Positions 24,076 through 37,000 of a stretch of DNA of 64,000 bases are shown in pieces (positions within the stretch are counted from its first letter, which is position 1; every line of letters begins with the position of its first letter). Source of the DNA: Mobula birostris (taxonomy: Eukaryota); NCBI RefSeq assembly GCF_030028105.1, contig NC_092377.1, positions 83,606,569 to 83,670,568 of the forward strand, in the 5' to 3' direction. The translations under genes were made by a program, and so were the position numbers. The notes under the pieces were generated by a model. That model was not told the origin of the DNA. It searched no databases and worked only from the letters and a program-made list of their open reading frames with translations.

Positions 24076-26289
24076 GATCTTTTCCACGGATGCTGCCCGA
24101 CCTGCTGAGTTCCTCCAGTGTGTTGTGAGAACTGCCTATTGGAATTACGGTGAAAGGTATTAACTTGGAAATACTTTTCCAGAAATGTCAGGTAGAGCAA
24201 CAACGTCCAGCTGACTAGGACATTGCGCAGCAACAGTGTGAGGCTTATCTACTGCAACTCCAAGCACAGGTAGAATCTCAGGATATAGTGAAACTTAGTG
24301 CCCATGTACTTTGGATCCACATACTGCCTGTTACAATCATGTATGAACGTTGTCATCAGGATGAGAGCAATATTTTCCCCCATACTCTCGGGGAACTTGC
24401 ACATAATAACCCATCAGAATCACCCCATCACGGATCCCCAAATAAATTGGAAAACAAAGGATCCCTTGCAGCACACAGACAAACAACAGTGCCTGATTTC
24501 AGAATTAACAGGAAAGCTAGCTGACTCCCAAACATTAAATTGGACAGCACTGCGGATATCCACTTAGAGCAGTTGGATGTAGTTTCCGATTGCCTCCCCA
24601 ACATCTATCTTGGAGAGCACTTCCATCATGTACAAGGGTAATATACTGGTCTGAGATGACCAAGCAGGCATCCACACCTCTGTGCTGCACATAGGCATTG
24701 GTATCCCTGAGTAGCACATGGCTGTCAGAGACTACCCCACCTGGTTCAGCAGAGGTTTGCTCTGGATGCATTTACTGTCACAGAGTGGACTAAATCTAGT
24801 TTGTCAAGGCCTTGGATGGGACCTTATAGTGCACATTTAATAGTGGAATGCCCATCTCCAATACCTGATGTCTCCCTCTCCCTCTTCTGCCTATTGATGA
24901 AGGCTTCCTTGTGGGGTCTGACCAGCTGCCAGCCAGAAGCAGAGTATTGTATACGTCCAGCAGGTCTGGGTCATCCAGTCTGCCAGTGACCCATTGCTTC
25001 TGTCAGTTTCATTCATGCCAAGGGAACTAATAGGGCCAGTCAGCCCCTTCAGAGTCAGTGGTAGATCCAGTTTCCCCTGCTTGCTATTGTCTAACACCTC
25101 TGTGTTAGATAATCGCAGGACAGGAAGCTCTGGGAAGCTGTGTTGTCCGTGGTCTTTCTGTTGTAAAGATCAACATAGTAGGATCTGCAGATCCTCAGCT
25201 TTTGTGTCTGTGAGGATGTTACTGAGTTCAAGGCTGTAGATTACAGAGCTCCCCCTGTGAAACTTTAGGAAGGAGAAATGGGAGCACATCTTCTCCTGCT
25301 CCATAAAGACATGTCTAGCTTGAACTTTTCAGCATACAGCAAGGCATTAACACTATCGAGATGGTTGATCTTTCCTTTAGTCCTTGTCTCGGTCTCTGCT
25401 GGAGCCTCTAGACTGGTAGGGGATGTGTCTGCGTTCCTCTGGGGGTTGTTAGAGCCAGCTCTTTCTCAGATTGCCACGTGTAGGTACAAGCACATTTTGG
25501 GCAGGCTGTAGGGAACACAGGATGTAACTTTTTACTTTCTCGGAAGTGCTTGGTCTAGTGGCCTTCCAACTTATAGTTTTTTTCAGATGAGTGTACTGCA
25601 TTGGACAGACTCTTGTCCAGATTTGTTAGAGTTATGATACAGTCTGAGTCTGAGTTGTCCATGTACCCACATTTCCTTCAATAGCAAACACTGAGGGAGT
25701 GGGGATAATGACTTCACTTGCATCCATCCTTAGTCTGACCTTCACCCGGTGCTGGCTGTTCCAAAATCCAAACAGGTCCTTGAGGTCCACGTAGCTTCCT
25801 GTTCATTTGACATAATAAGCCAGGAAGGTGAGGACATCCACAACAGGCACATGTGAATTAGGCACTTCCTGAGTGGGGAGGGTGAAGAATAGTTTTACCT
25901 TCAACAGTGACAGTGGTGCTTTGTTGTCCTTCTTCCCAAAACTCCTATAAAACTTTCTATCATCCAACCCCCCCACCCCCCCAGTTGCTTGAAGTTCAAT
26001 ATATCCACAACCATGGCAAGTCCTGGAGGCAATAGAGATCCTTCAGATCCTTCCTCCCTCTAAAGGAACTGATGCTCATTCACAGCTCAATGATTCTAAT
26101 AGACATAGATAACCTATTCAAATATATATAAATTACTTTGAAAAAATCATTACAATTGGAAATAAAAGTTGATGAAAAATACTTCAAAACACTAACAAAA
26201 ACTGAAAGCATTAAAACCAAATAAATTAACTTGTTACCTTTTTCCACAGGGTAAATAGTTTGTTGGTACACCATCAAAGTTGAAGTGGC

Positions 26290-26940
26290 AAATAGAATAT
26301 GTGTAGCACGTTGAACAGTACACAATGTTGTGCCAAAATTTTATCCTACTCCAAGATCAATCTAACACTTCCCTCCCACATCTTGTTCCATTTCTCTTTT
26401 ATTTATATGCCTAAGATGCTCTTAAATGCCTCTAATGTATTTGCCTCTGCCACTACTCCTGGTATTGTTCCTTGCATCCATCACTCTCCGTGTAAAAAAA
26501 CTACCCCTGAAATCCTCTAATGGTTTCCTCTGATCACCATAAAATAATGCTGTATTTTATTATCCCTTTATGCCCTGGAAAAAAGATTCTGGCTGTTCAT
26601 TCTACCAGTGCCTCTTATTAGCTCATCCACTTCTCATGTGTTTTCACTCCAAAGAACAAAGTCGTAGCTCACTCAACCCCTCACTTAAGACATACTCTCC
26701 ACTCCAGGTAAATTTCCTTTGCACCCTCTCTTAAGCTTCCACATCCTTCCTACAATGAGGCAACCAGAACTAAACACAATATTGCAAGAGTGGTCTAACC
26801 AGGGTTCTATAGAACTGCAAAATTATGTCGCAGCTCTTGAACTCAATCACCCTACGAAGAAGGCCAACACACCACACACCTTCTAAATCCACCCTGTCAA
26901 CTTGTGTGGCAACTTTAATGTCTCTATGAGAGATCAAATA
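26290..26940 (-). mobile_element. CR1 3' fragment
   Basis: Peptide IEFKSCDIILQFYRTLVRPLLQYCV and 3' region similar to 1-600. Confidence 0.75.
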
Positions 26941-29900
26941 CACTGTGCACCCATGCCCTCTCTTTAGTGCTTCATTATTCTGTCTCCAGATCAATACTGG
27001 GTCCAGCTGGGGAGTGGACTTTCAGATTTTATTGGTATCTGACATCCTCTTCAGATTTGTGCCTCTCACTGCTTTCATACAGAAGCCCAAGAAATGTTGA
27101 GGTACAAACCGTTGGCTAGGACTGATATCACTCACAGTTCTGCCCAATATATTTTTAAAACTTTACAGCATCCTTCCTACATCTTAGGAGGCATTGATTG
27201 TGAAATATACCTTGCAGGAGCCTTTAGCTGACTGAGAAAAGGTCTTGTTTGAAGATCAAGGAATTGCTGGGCGAGGAGTTCATTCTATGGCACAGCAGTG
27301 ACTCTTCCTCTCTTATGTGCTTCTAAAACTTGGGTCACCTAGAGTAAACACCACAAGCACAGGAGAAATATCACAGATCCTCCAAATTCACTGCAATGAA
27401 AAGCAAACTGAAATAATTTTCTTACATTAGCCTCACCAAGTCCACAGAACCAGAGCAAAACAAATCATTTTCATTCCAAAGGAACTGCCAAACAAAAAGA
27501 AGATGATGGAGAAGATAAAGAACGAAACAAAATCCACAGCAGCTATACTACCAGTACAATCTTGGCATTCTCTGTCATGCTCAAAATATCCGTGTTCTTA
27601 AAAAGAAACGATAATTGTAGCTTATAGCTGCACACAGATCTTTGAAATCTGATGTCCAACCTTCTCTCAGTTTTTACTGGAATTAGCCGAGGAGAAGCTG
27701 TTCAATTTAAAAGAATACTTCAATGGTTCATAAATAAGTAGTTTCAATGTTCCTTGAAAATTAGGCATGTGGCAAAGTAATACACTGCACATTCTACATT
27801 CAGCTGACCATGTCAGAGACACAATCAAATGTGGAGACCAAATCCAGACTTTTAGGAAAGGTAAGGTTTAATTCTGAAAGCTTCAAATGGTTACAATGAC
27901 AAACTTTGATCAGGAAATTGCCTATTTTTTAAAATTTAATGTTGCTTCAATTCTGATTTTAAACATTACATTTTTTCACAAACCATAGAAAATGGTGATA
28001 CATCTTCATTCAGAAAGCAATCTAAGTGACTCATCAACAAAGCAGTACATCAGGCCTGCAAAGGCAGGCATCTTCCAGTCTCCGGCCAGCTAACAGGAAT
28101 TACCTGCCGCTCATCACCTGTAGCCTATTTAAACCCAGCTCTCATCCACAGCGATTGTTCACGAACCAGCCAGCTTCAACCAATTATTCAAGTTATCCTT
28201 CATTATAAATCACCTTCTCTGCTTTTGGGTCTACATTTCTACACTTTCTGACAGGATGAGTGAGCTATCATTTAATCCAGCAGTGTATGTTCGCCTGAAG
28301 GAAGTCATCTGTTGACGTAAGCACACAATGCAGAAACAGCAGGAAACCACCGACAATCTGCTCGCCACTCTCTTCCAACACTCTGCCTTAATACTGCAAC
28401 CTTGCTACAGTCAACATCTTCCCCCTCAGCCCCAGATTCTTGTGCCAGAATGCTTCGATGGATCCCCAACCCAATGCTGCAACTTCCTGCCCCAGTGCAC
28501 CTTACCCTTTGAGCTCCAGTCATCTCTGCATTCTAGGAACCAAGCCAAATTTGCCTTCATAATCTCTCTCTTGATTGGGCGAGCTCTAACCTGAGCCCCT
28601 CTAGCTTGAACAATAAAACCCCCATTAGCAATAAGTATGCTGAAATGTGCCAGGTTTTCAGGCATCTAGGAAGTGCAAGGGAGGCGGTGGATTGGATATT
28701 TCGCCTTTTCAAGGCTCATGCTCAGTGCAGGATTAAACTGTGGAATTCAGGACCCTCGCAGTGGAGTGTGGCTGGAATGCAGAGGCACGGCTGACCCATT
28801 GCAATCATGGCCTCTTGGAGCACTTGAAAGATGGGCTGTCTGCCTGGGGGATGCTCACCAATCTCAATCTCCTCATCACTCTGGCCCGCTATATCAACAA
28901 GCACCTTATAAACAACCATCCAGATCATCAGCCAGAGCCCTCCTTCCATTCCCAGAACCATTTCAGCCTGTGGTTCCCTTCTCAGAAACCTCTAATACCC
29001 AGGCAGCAATGGAGAGTTCCCATAACACACCAAGTGTGAACGTTGGTTGAGAAACAACTTGTATGCCTACTGTGGAGCAGCCGAACACTAAAGCTTCAAA
29101 AGGCCACTGGTGTCCGGGAAACAGCATCAGCATCACCAGGGTACAGATGAGGAGCCTTCAACCTGGTAAGCTTCCCTGGGCCCCTCATTCCAGCAGCATA
29201 GCCCAATTTACTCTCTCTGTCCTCCTCCATACCCTGACGGTTCTATGCCCACAGGAGGCCCTGGTGGACTCTGGCACAGCAGGCAACTTTCTGCACTGGA
29301 CTCTATGCAGCTTGGACTTCCTGTTAGAGCCTATCTCTCACCCTTTCTGCATCACACCCATTGGTGGATAACCTTTGGGTTCTGGGATGGTCAGAGCATG
29401 CATATGAGTATCAGAGAGTATTGAGAGTCCATTGAATTCGTCCTGGTCAACTTATCCAAGACTCCTCTCATTTTGGGTTACCCCTGGCTCTCCACTACAG
29501 CCTTGGTCATCCAGTTCATTGCTAAGTTAGGAATCCCCCTGCCTGCAGCCTCAGCTGACTTTACCCCATAAATTCGAGGAGGTTGTGGAAACTCTTGCCC
29601 TCACCAGACTGCCACAGGAATAGCATAACCTTGGCGCCACCTTCAGTAGAAGTGAAGTCAGCACCTTGCTGCCTCACAGACAACATGACCACGTGATTGA
29701 CCTCCTCCTGGGCACCACCCCTCCCTGAGGTCATCTGTGTTCTCCCTCTCCCCTCCGGAGACCCAAGCCATGAATGAGGACGTCACTATATTGCTGCAGC
29801 ATGGCTTCACTCAACTATCCCAGTTCCAGCCAGTGCAGGATACTTCTTTTTCAAAAAGAAAGATGGGGGTCTTCGTCCCTGCATCGACTACAGTGGACTC

Positions 29901-30255
29901 AGCAAAACTGACATTAAGAACTTCTGCCCTCTCCCCTTATGGTCTTATGGTCTATTTCCTTCCTGGATTACGTCCTTTCACCCCCAAGGCATAACCATGG
30001 GCACGGAGAAAGTGCGCTGTCCCTCATACAGCTACAGCACTTCCTGGGTTTCTCCATCTTGTACAGCTGTTTCATCTGAAACTACAGCCAAATTGCTGCA
30101 CCTCTCACCTCCCTCGCTAAGTTCCCTATCTCACAGATAACCTGGTCTGCTGCTGTAGACCAGGCCAGGCTTTCCAGGAGCTCAAGAGAGTCACCACCAC
30201 TCCCGTTCTCCTGCATTCAACCCCCTGAGGAGCTTTTGTGGTAGAGGTGGATGTA

Positions 30256-30875
30256 CAAGGGGTGATTGATAAGTTCGTGGCCTAAGGCAGAAGGAGTCAA
30301 TTTTAGAAAACCTAGCACATTTATTTTTCAACATAGTCCCCTCCTACATTTACACATTTAGTCCAGCAGTCGTGCAGCATACGGATCTTGGACCTCCAGA
30401 AAGTATCCACAGATGGGTGATTGGTAAGTTCATGGCCTAAGGTAGAAGGATATAAGTTATACAGCTGTCATTACGTGCACTTGCAATTCAACTCTTTGAG
30501 TGAAAATGCAGAAAGTTTGAAGTTAATAACTCATCTCCTTCTACCTCAGGCCACAAACTTATCAATCACCCCAGATGAGTTATTAACTTCAGACTTTCTG
30601 CATAATCACTCAAAGAGTTGAACTGCACATGCATGTAAGGAGAGCTGTATAACTCATCTCCTTCTGCCTTAGGCCATGAACTTATCAATCACTCCTGCTG
30701 TGGACAACCTTCTGGAGGTCCAAGATGCCGACTTCTACAAAGAAGGGATCTGTATGCTCCACGACCGCTGGACTAAGTGTGTAAATGTAGGAGGGGACTA
30801 TGTTAAAAAATACATGTGCTAAGCCTTCTAAAATTGACTCCTACCTTAGGCCACAAATATATCAATCACCCCTCG
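30256..30875. mobile_element. Mariner-derived palindromic MITE nested in the Gypsy RNase H
   Basis: TA|CAAGGGGTGATTGATAAG ... TATCAATCACCCCTCG ends; transposase C-terminal remnant QDADFYKEGICMLHDRWTKCVNVGGDYVKK at ~30721-30810. Confidence 0.88.
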
Positions 30876-32703
30876 AATCTGATATGGGCACTGGGGCCAT
30901 CCTTTCCCAGTGAGGACTAGACAGGAAGACACACCCTTGGGCCTTCTTCTCACACGAGTTCAACTCTATACAGCATTATTGTGGAGTTGGAGACAGGGAG
31001 CTATTCATCAATAAATGGGTCTTGGAGGGATGGAGACATTGCCTGATGGGAAACACCGAGCCCTTCCTGATCTAGACTGACCCATGAGAACCTTATATCC
31101 ACACAACAGACCCAACAACTCAACCCACAACAGGCTCACTGAGCAATTCACCTTCACCTTCTCCAACCAGCCTGGCCCAAGAACACTAAGGCGGACACCC
31201 TGACATGACAGTTTGACCCACCTGAAATGGAGATTGACCCTCAGCCCATCATTCCCTCCTCCCAGACCTTCACCCAATCTGCTGGGACATTGAGAACCAG
31301 ATCCGCCAGACCCCACAGCATAGGCTTACTACCACACTTACCAACTGCATGTGTGTGCCATCAGCTGTGTGCTCTGATGCACTCCAGTGGGCCCGTTCCT
31401 CAATCCTTTCTGACCATCCCGGCACACGCCGGACTCTGGATTTTCTGTGACGCTAGTTCTGGTTGCTCAGCATGATCACAGATATATGTCAGTTCATTGT
31501 TGCCTGTCCTCAAAGTGCCCAGTCCAACCAATGGCCCTCTAGGCTCCTGCAGCCCCTATCAGTCCCTCAATGCCCGTGGTCCCACATCACCTTGGATTTC
31601 TTCATGGGTTTTCCACCTTCTAGTGGGGCCACAGTGATATGACAGTGGTGGACCAGATCTCCAAAGCGGCCCACCTCCAAGCCCATCCCAATCTTTCTCT
31701 AGCTGCTTAGAGAGTGGGGCTTGTTCTCATGTAGTTAATCTCCACAGCTTCCCGCAGGACAATGGGTCAGACCAGAGCCCACAATTCATTTCCGGCTTCA
31801 GGTGAGCCTTCTGTTCCCTTCTCCACATCTCAGTGAAGTTTGTCCTCCGGCTAGCATCCACATTCCAAAGGGTAGTCAAAATGGAGACGTTTCTGCGAAG
31901 CTTTGCCGCCTCTAACCTTTCCACAAAGAAGAAGTATCTGCTTTGGGCCGAGGTGTCCCACAATTTACACACCACCTCTGTCATGGGTGTGTCACCCTTT
32001 GAAGTGTTGTTTAGCTACCGATCTCTGTTGTTCCCCACAGAGGAGCCAACGGTGGAGGTCCCATCTGCTAGTGCTCTGGTTCACCACTGCTGGAATACAT
32101 GGAAGATGGCACAGAGAGCCAACTGCACCTTCTACCACCTGGCTAACCACTGTCCGCACCCAGACAGACTAGACCGGCCTGGGTACCATATCTAGCTGTC
32201 CACCCGAGATTTGCCCCGTTCACTGACTCCCACAAGCTCTAGCCCTGGTTCTATAGTCCCTTCAAAATTACTCATCACACCAATCCAGTCACTTAACATT
32301 ACCAGCTGCTACCATCCCTCAGGATCACATCTACCTTCCACCTGTCCTGCCTCAAGCCCGTTGTCCACGGAACCAACATGAGCCTGCATCTCCGGAACCT
32401 AGGATCGTGGACAATGGACCCCGATACATAGTTTGCCTGTTGATGCATTCATGCCATCGTGGATGTGGTGTGCAGTTCCTGGTCAAAAATGAAGGGTATT
32501 GATAGGAGAAAAGGTGCCATCTGGTTTCATCTTGGATCCATCGCTCATCAAAAAGTTCCACCAAACCCATTCATATTGGCCTGGGCTATTGGATGCCTGC
32601 TGTGAGAAGGTGGCAGGGGGAGTACTGTCAGGCCTGCACAGGCATGAGCTCCCAGTCTCCACCCAGCTAACAGGAATCACCGGCCACTCATTTCCAACTC
32701 ATC

Positions 32704-33011
32704 TTTTTTTACAGACATCCATTAGTCTCATGAGACCATGGATTTGCGCCTTGGAGGGAATCCAGGGTGCAGGCCTGGACAAGGTTGTAGGGAAGACCGG
32801 CAGTTGCCCATGCTGCAAGTCTCCCCTCTCCACGCCACCGATGTTGTCCAAGGGAAGGGCATTAGGGCCGATACAGCTTGGCACCGGTGTTGTCGCAGAG
32901 CAATGTGTGGTTAAGTGCCTTGCTCAAGGACACAACATGCAGTCTCAGCTGAGGCTCGAATTAGCGACCTTCAGATCACTAGACGAAAGCCTTAACCACT
33001 TGGCCACACGC
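32704..33011 (-). mobile_element. tRNA-derived SINE inserted into the 3' LTR
   Basis: Reverse strand A-box TGGCCAAGTGG, B-box-like AATTCGAGCC, then GTGTCCTTGAGCAAGGCACTTAACC; T-run tail; LTR resumes with CCTATTTAAACCC. Confidence 0.8.
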
Positions 33012-33244
33012 CTATTTAAACCCTGTTCACTTTCACAGCCCTTGTTCAACCCACTGAACCAGCCATCCCCCTAGCCTTCAGTTACCTTGTTGCCTAGGGT
33101 GTTTAGTATCTGTTCTCTTATTTTGTGCCCCCTCATAGCTTGTTATTTTTGCATTCTGTTATTAAAGTTATCAATCATCACTGAACTGTCCCTGCTGCTC
33201 TGCTTTTAGGTTAAACCTGCTTGACATTTTCTGACACAGTATTG

Positions 33245-33560
33245 TATTGCATGATATATGTGAAACACTGAACTGATTCCACAACTTATTGACCCACTTT
33301 TAAGGACTCTACAACTCACATTCTTAGTGTTGTTTATTTACTGTTTATTATATTATTATTATTATTTTTAATTTGTTTTTATTTGCACCACTTGTCTTGT
33401 TTTGCATGTTATTTTTTTGTCAGTCCTTGTGCAGAGTTTTTATTGATTCTATTATATTTCTTTGTTTTACTGTGAGTGCCTGAAAGTAAATGAATCTCAG
33501 GGTAATACACAGTGACTTATGTGTACTTTGATAATAAATTTACTATAACTTTGAAACTTG
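33245..33560 (+). mobile_element. Rex1/L2-like LINE 3' tail
   Basis: atgaatctcagggt...tactttgataataaatt..actttgaaacttgaa, mirrored by the minus-strand copy at 41880-41960. Confidence 0.5.
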
Positions 33561-34082
33561 AATTTTGATATTAACACCTGAGCGTATACTATTATTTCAA
33601 CTGTAGAGATTGAAGGGATATATAACTGGTAGTAATTAAAGGAAAATGTGTACACTTTAATCATAGCTTGGAAATTCTGTGCAAGATACTTGTAAAGCTG
33701 TTTCCAGATGACATCGGAACTTAATAACTACAACTGAAAGATATGATTGAGGAAGCAATTATAACCTGATCCGTGTGTGATGTAGAGCCTCTCAGGATAT
33801 AGATATTTAAACCTACTGTTTGGATGCATCATGATTGATATAGTTTCTGCATTTTAACATGGAGTGTGGTGTTTCTTGACATCACAGGAGAGATGGACAG
33901 AATAGAGATAGATATTAAAAAGAAGAAGGAAAGCAATGAATTAGAAAGTTTTAAGGGCAAAAATTAATGCACCGTTTGGTATAACATTCAACAAAAACCC
34001 TTAGTTCTGGCTCTGGTTAAAACAAAATTGAAAATCCCTTGACCTGTTTGAAAGAGGACAGCTAATTATCCCACTACTGAAC

Positions 34083-37000
34083 TGTTACAACCTCGGACTC
34101 TGCTGGGGAGTCTGAACATCCTCGCAGGCAAGCAGCTGAAAGGGGGCCAACAAAACATGCTCATGAGTTTGCATGTTCCAGCCTATTGGAATTTATTTAG
34201 TTGTATTTACCTCCCTTCCTTTCATTTCACTCTTGTCGAGCCTTGGCTGAAACACAGTGATGGCAACACTCCCTGCTTGCCTTAGTCCTCGTTACGAGAA
34301 AGAAGACTTCAATTTTGATTAGCACTGTCAGGGAGCAGAATTAATTTAATTTTAAGTTACTGTTTCCAAGCTGCAGTGTTGGCATTGGCTTTTAGTTTGA
34401 GAGTTTAAATTATGGCCCTGTTGGCCTAGTGTTTATTATTTTCCTTTTGTTCTGCATAGTTCTTATTAAAATTCAGTGAACTATTCAACCTGCTTCAGTG
34501 TCTCTTCCTCTGCACTTGGGTCATCACCACACATCATGTCAGCAAGAGGCGACCATAAAAATGGACCAAGTAGAGAGAGCACAGCTGACCATGGCCCTGA
34601 CATTTGTTGGTCAGGTCAGAGTAAAGCTAAATCAGTGGAGGCTGAGCTGGCAGAAGTGGCTCGCGCTGTGCAACAACTATGTTCAGAGAGGCAAGCCCAG
34701 TCCAAGCAGGAAAAACAGGTGTCAGCTCTCGCAAGGACAATTCAGCAACTTACCACAGACGGTCAGATTCAGGTGGTAGCCATTACTGCTCTCGCTGCCG
34801 CTATGCAGCAGCCTTCTGCCAGGACAGATCCATACCCAGCATCAGCTCCCCCCCACATCATCCTCTGTAGAAGTTTCATCAGCCTCAGCCACCAATGTCC
34901 CAGTTCTCTTGGCAGTTTTCAGACCTGAACAGAGTATTCCTTCACTGGGCTGATCCTCTGGTGCCCCTTTCATGACCCAGTGTGAGCTGACTTTCCAAGC
35001 GCAGTCTGGACAATTCGGAGATGATGCACATAAACTGCCCTATATGGTGACTCTCTCAGAGAGAATCCCACTTAGCCTGTTCAATGGTCAAAGAAAACAA
35101 GGTTCCCATACAGCCTAGTCTTTCCAGCAATTTGTAATTGAGTTCAAGAGAGTACTGGGTCAGGAGGCTGCTTACTGACTCTTGGACCTGTGCCTAGGGA
35201 AATGGACAGTGAGGGATCATGCAATTAAGTTCTACATTCTCACAGTTGAGAAACGTGAGCTGAGCACAGGACTCCAGCATGAGGTCGCAGTGCAGGATGA
35301 GCAGGAAAGTCTTGATGACCTGATAAATCTGGCCACTTGAATGGAAAAATCGGGTAACTGAATGGTGCAGAGAGAGAATGCCCCAAGCCATCTACTCTTT
35401 GGATCACTGGCTGTCTTCACCCACCCTCCCACCACCCAGTATGCAGTCCGCAGTCGAGCCCATGCAGGTGGGGCACCCATGCCGATCTCAGGAGGAATGA
35501 AATTGGTGCAGGAGAACAGGTTGCTGCCTCTACTGTGGTGCTTCTGGACATTACTGGGCATCATGTCCCAGGTGCCCAGTCTCAGAGGATACCCTTCAGC
35601 AGGAGGAGGAATTTGAAAGGGTCGATCCTCCCTGCAAGCATTTTTCCCGAACTGAGTAATAATACCAGCTTCCCTGTAGTGAGGGTCCGGGACCCATGAG
35701 CGTCCGGCATTTATTGACAACACAGCATCCGGCAACCTCATGGATATCTCTTGGGCTCAAAGATGGGGAGTTCCCACTCAACAATTGAGAGGAGATGTTG
35801 ATGTCAAAGCTTTGGATGGTCTGCCTCTGGATCCATCGTTCCACAGTACCCTCCAACTTGTGCTATAAGGTAATCATAGGGAACTGCTCTCCTTCTGTCT
35901 TCTGGATTCACCTGAACTGCCATTGGTGCTTGGCCTTCCCTGGCTATCAAGACACAACCCATGGATTGATTGGTCCTTAAAGACACTCTAAGAGTGGGGT
36001 AGACATGCCTGCCTACTACCTGTTTGGGTCCAGCTCAAGCCGCTGTCAGCATATCCCCTCCTATGCCCTGAAAACTCCACAGAGACAGCACTGCACGTCA
36101 GGATTGAACTCAGATCATGGAAGGTCAAAACAACAACCTTGCACTGGATATCAGTAAGACCAAGGAACGGATTGTGGACTTCAGGAAGGGGGAAAGTCAA
36201 GGGAACACATATCAGTCCTCATTCAGGGGTCAGCAGTGGAAAGTGTGAGCACCTTGTGAAGGAGAAACTAAAAATCAGTAAAGTCTGGGTTGACTGAAAT
36301 GTCTCGTGCAGTGCAACAGCAGCTTTCACAGACACGAGACCAGTCCAAGCAGGAAGAAGAGGTGTCAGCCCTCACAGTGACAGTTCAGCAACTCATCGCA
36401 GACAGCTGGATTCAGGTGGTAGCATTTAATACTCTCACAGCCTAAGTTCATCAGCTCATGACTGACAGTCAGGATCAGGTGACAGCTCTTGCTGCTACAG
36501 TCCAGCCAGGTCGGTCTCCCTCCCAGCATCTCCTCTGTAACACTCTCATCAGCCTCAGCCACGACTGCCCTGACTCCCATGACCAGGCCAGAACTTGAGA
36601 ATTCCTCCACCAGTCAGATACTCCAGTGACCCCAGCAGCTGCTGGAATTTTATTACCTAGTCTGAGCTGACTTTCCAAGCCCAACTAGGTCAGTTTGGTT
36701 TTGAAGCACATTAACAGCCTTGCATGGTGAATCCCTCAGACTTCTCAACACTCTATGGGAACAAGGTTCCACCACGGCCCAATCATTCTAACAGTTTGTG
36801 GTCGAGATCAGAGAGTTTTTGACCTTCCAGTACGGGGATACGAGGCTGCCCACCGACTCCTCAACCTGTGGGAAGGAAAAGGGACAGTGAGGAACTACGC
36901 AGTAAAGTTCTGCACACTTGCGGGTGAAGCGGGGAGAAACGAGAGATCCCTCATCACTATCTTCCAACATGATAAATCTGGCCTTTTGATTCAACAACCA

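Larger units (their letters stand above)
23000..24129 (-). mobile_element. Penelope-like element (GIY-YIG ORF 23392-~23960) with a short inverted second arm (23967-24129)
   Basis: RQHFTCESVGVTYYIRCSLCGLLYITETRRRLGDRFVEHLRSV..EEQHLIYRLGSLQPLGMN; TSD AACTGCCTATT (22985-22995 / 24130-24140). Confidence 0.88.
22380..25900 (-). mobile_element. Degenerate Tx1-clade (L1-type) LINE with internal deletion, interrupted by a Penelope insertion
   Basis: ORF1-like HVPVVDVLTFLAYYVK..FGFWNSQHRVKVRL at ~25700-25860; RT-region remnants; C-terminal GCCGEEMV..ADCGFA and RLQEYVLRDALML. Confidence 0.7.
28048..33236 (+). mobile_element. Decayed Ty3/Gypsy chromovirus (sushi-like) LTR retrotransposon; LTRs 28048-28253 and 32626-33236
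   Basis: TSD CAGTA on both sides; gag PECFDGSPTQCCNFL, protease ALVDSGTAGNF, RT N-terminus GGLRPCIDY (core deleted), RNase H VVEVD.SD.G.GAILSQ, integrase GLLQPL..PWSHITLDF, chromodomain remnant ILDPSLIKKFH; PPT before TGTCAGG. Confidence 0.9.

Noticed and set aside
23458-24108. 216-aa plus-strand ORF
   Set aside because: Antisense shadow of the Penelope ORF running across the inversion junction
25640-25870. ZCCHC3-like host gene
   Set aside because: Disrupted and colinear with Tx1 ORF2 remnants, so it is LINE ORF1
28300-29370. Domesticated PEG10/RTL1-like gene
   Set aside because: Many stops and frameshifts, with LTRs and TSD present; it is a decayed retrotransposon
32940-33011. tRNA gene (also ~20680-20735 and ~21420-21490)
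   Set aside because: A/B boxes belong to SINE heads; no complete cloverleaf is evident
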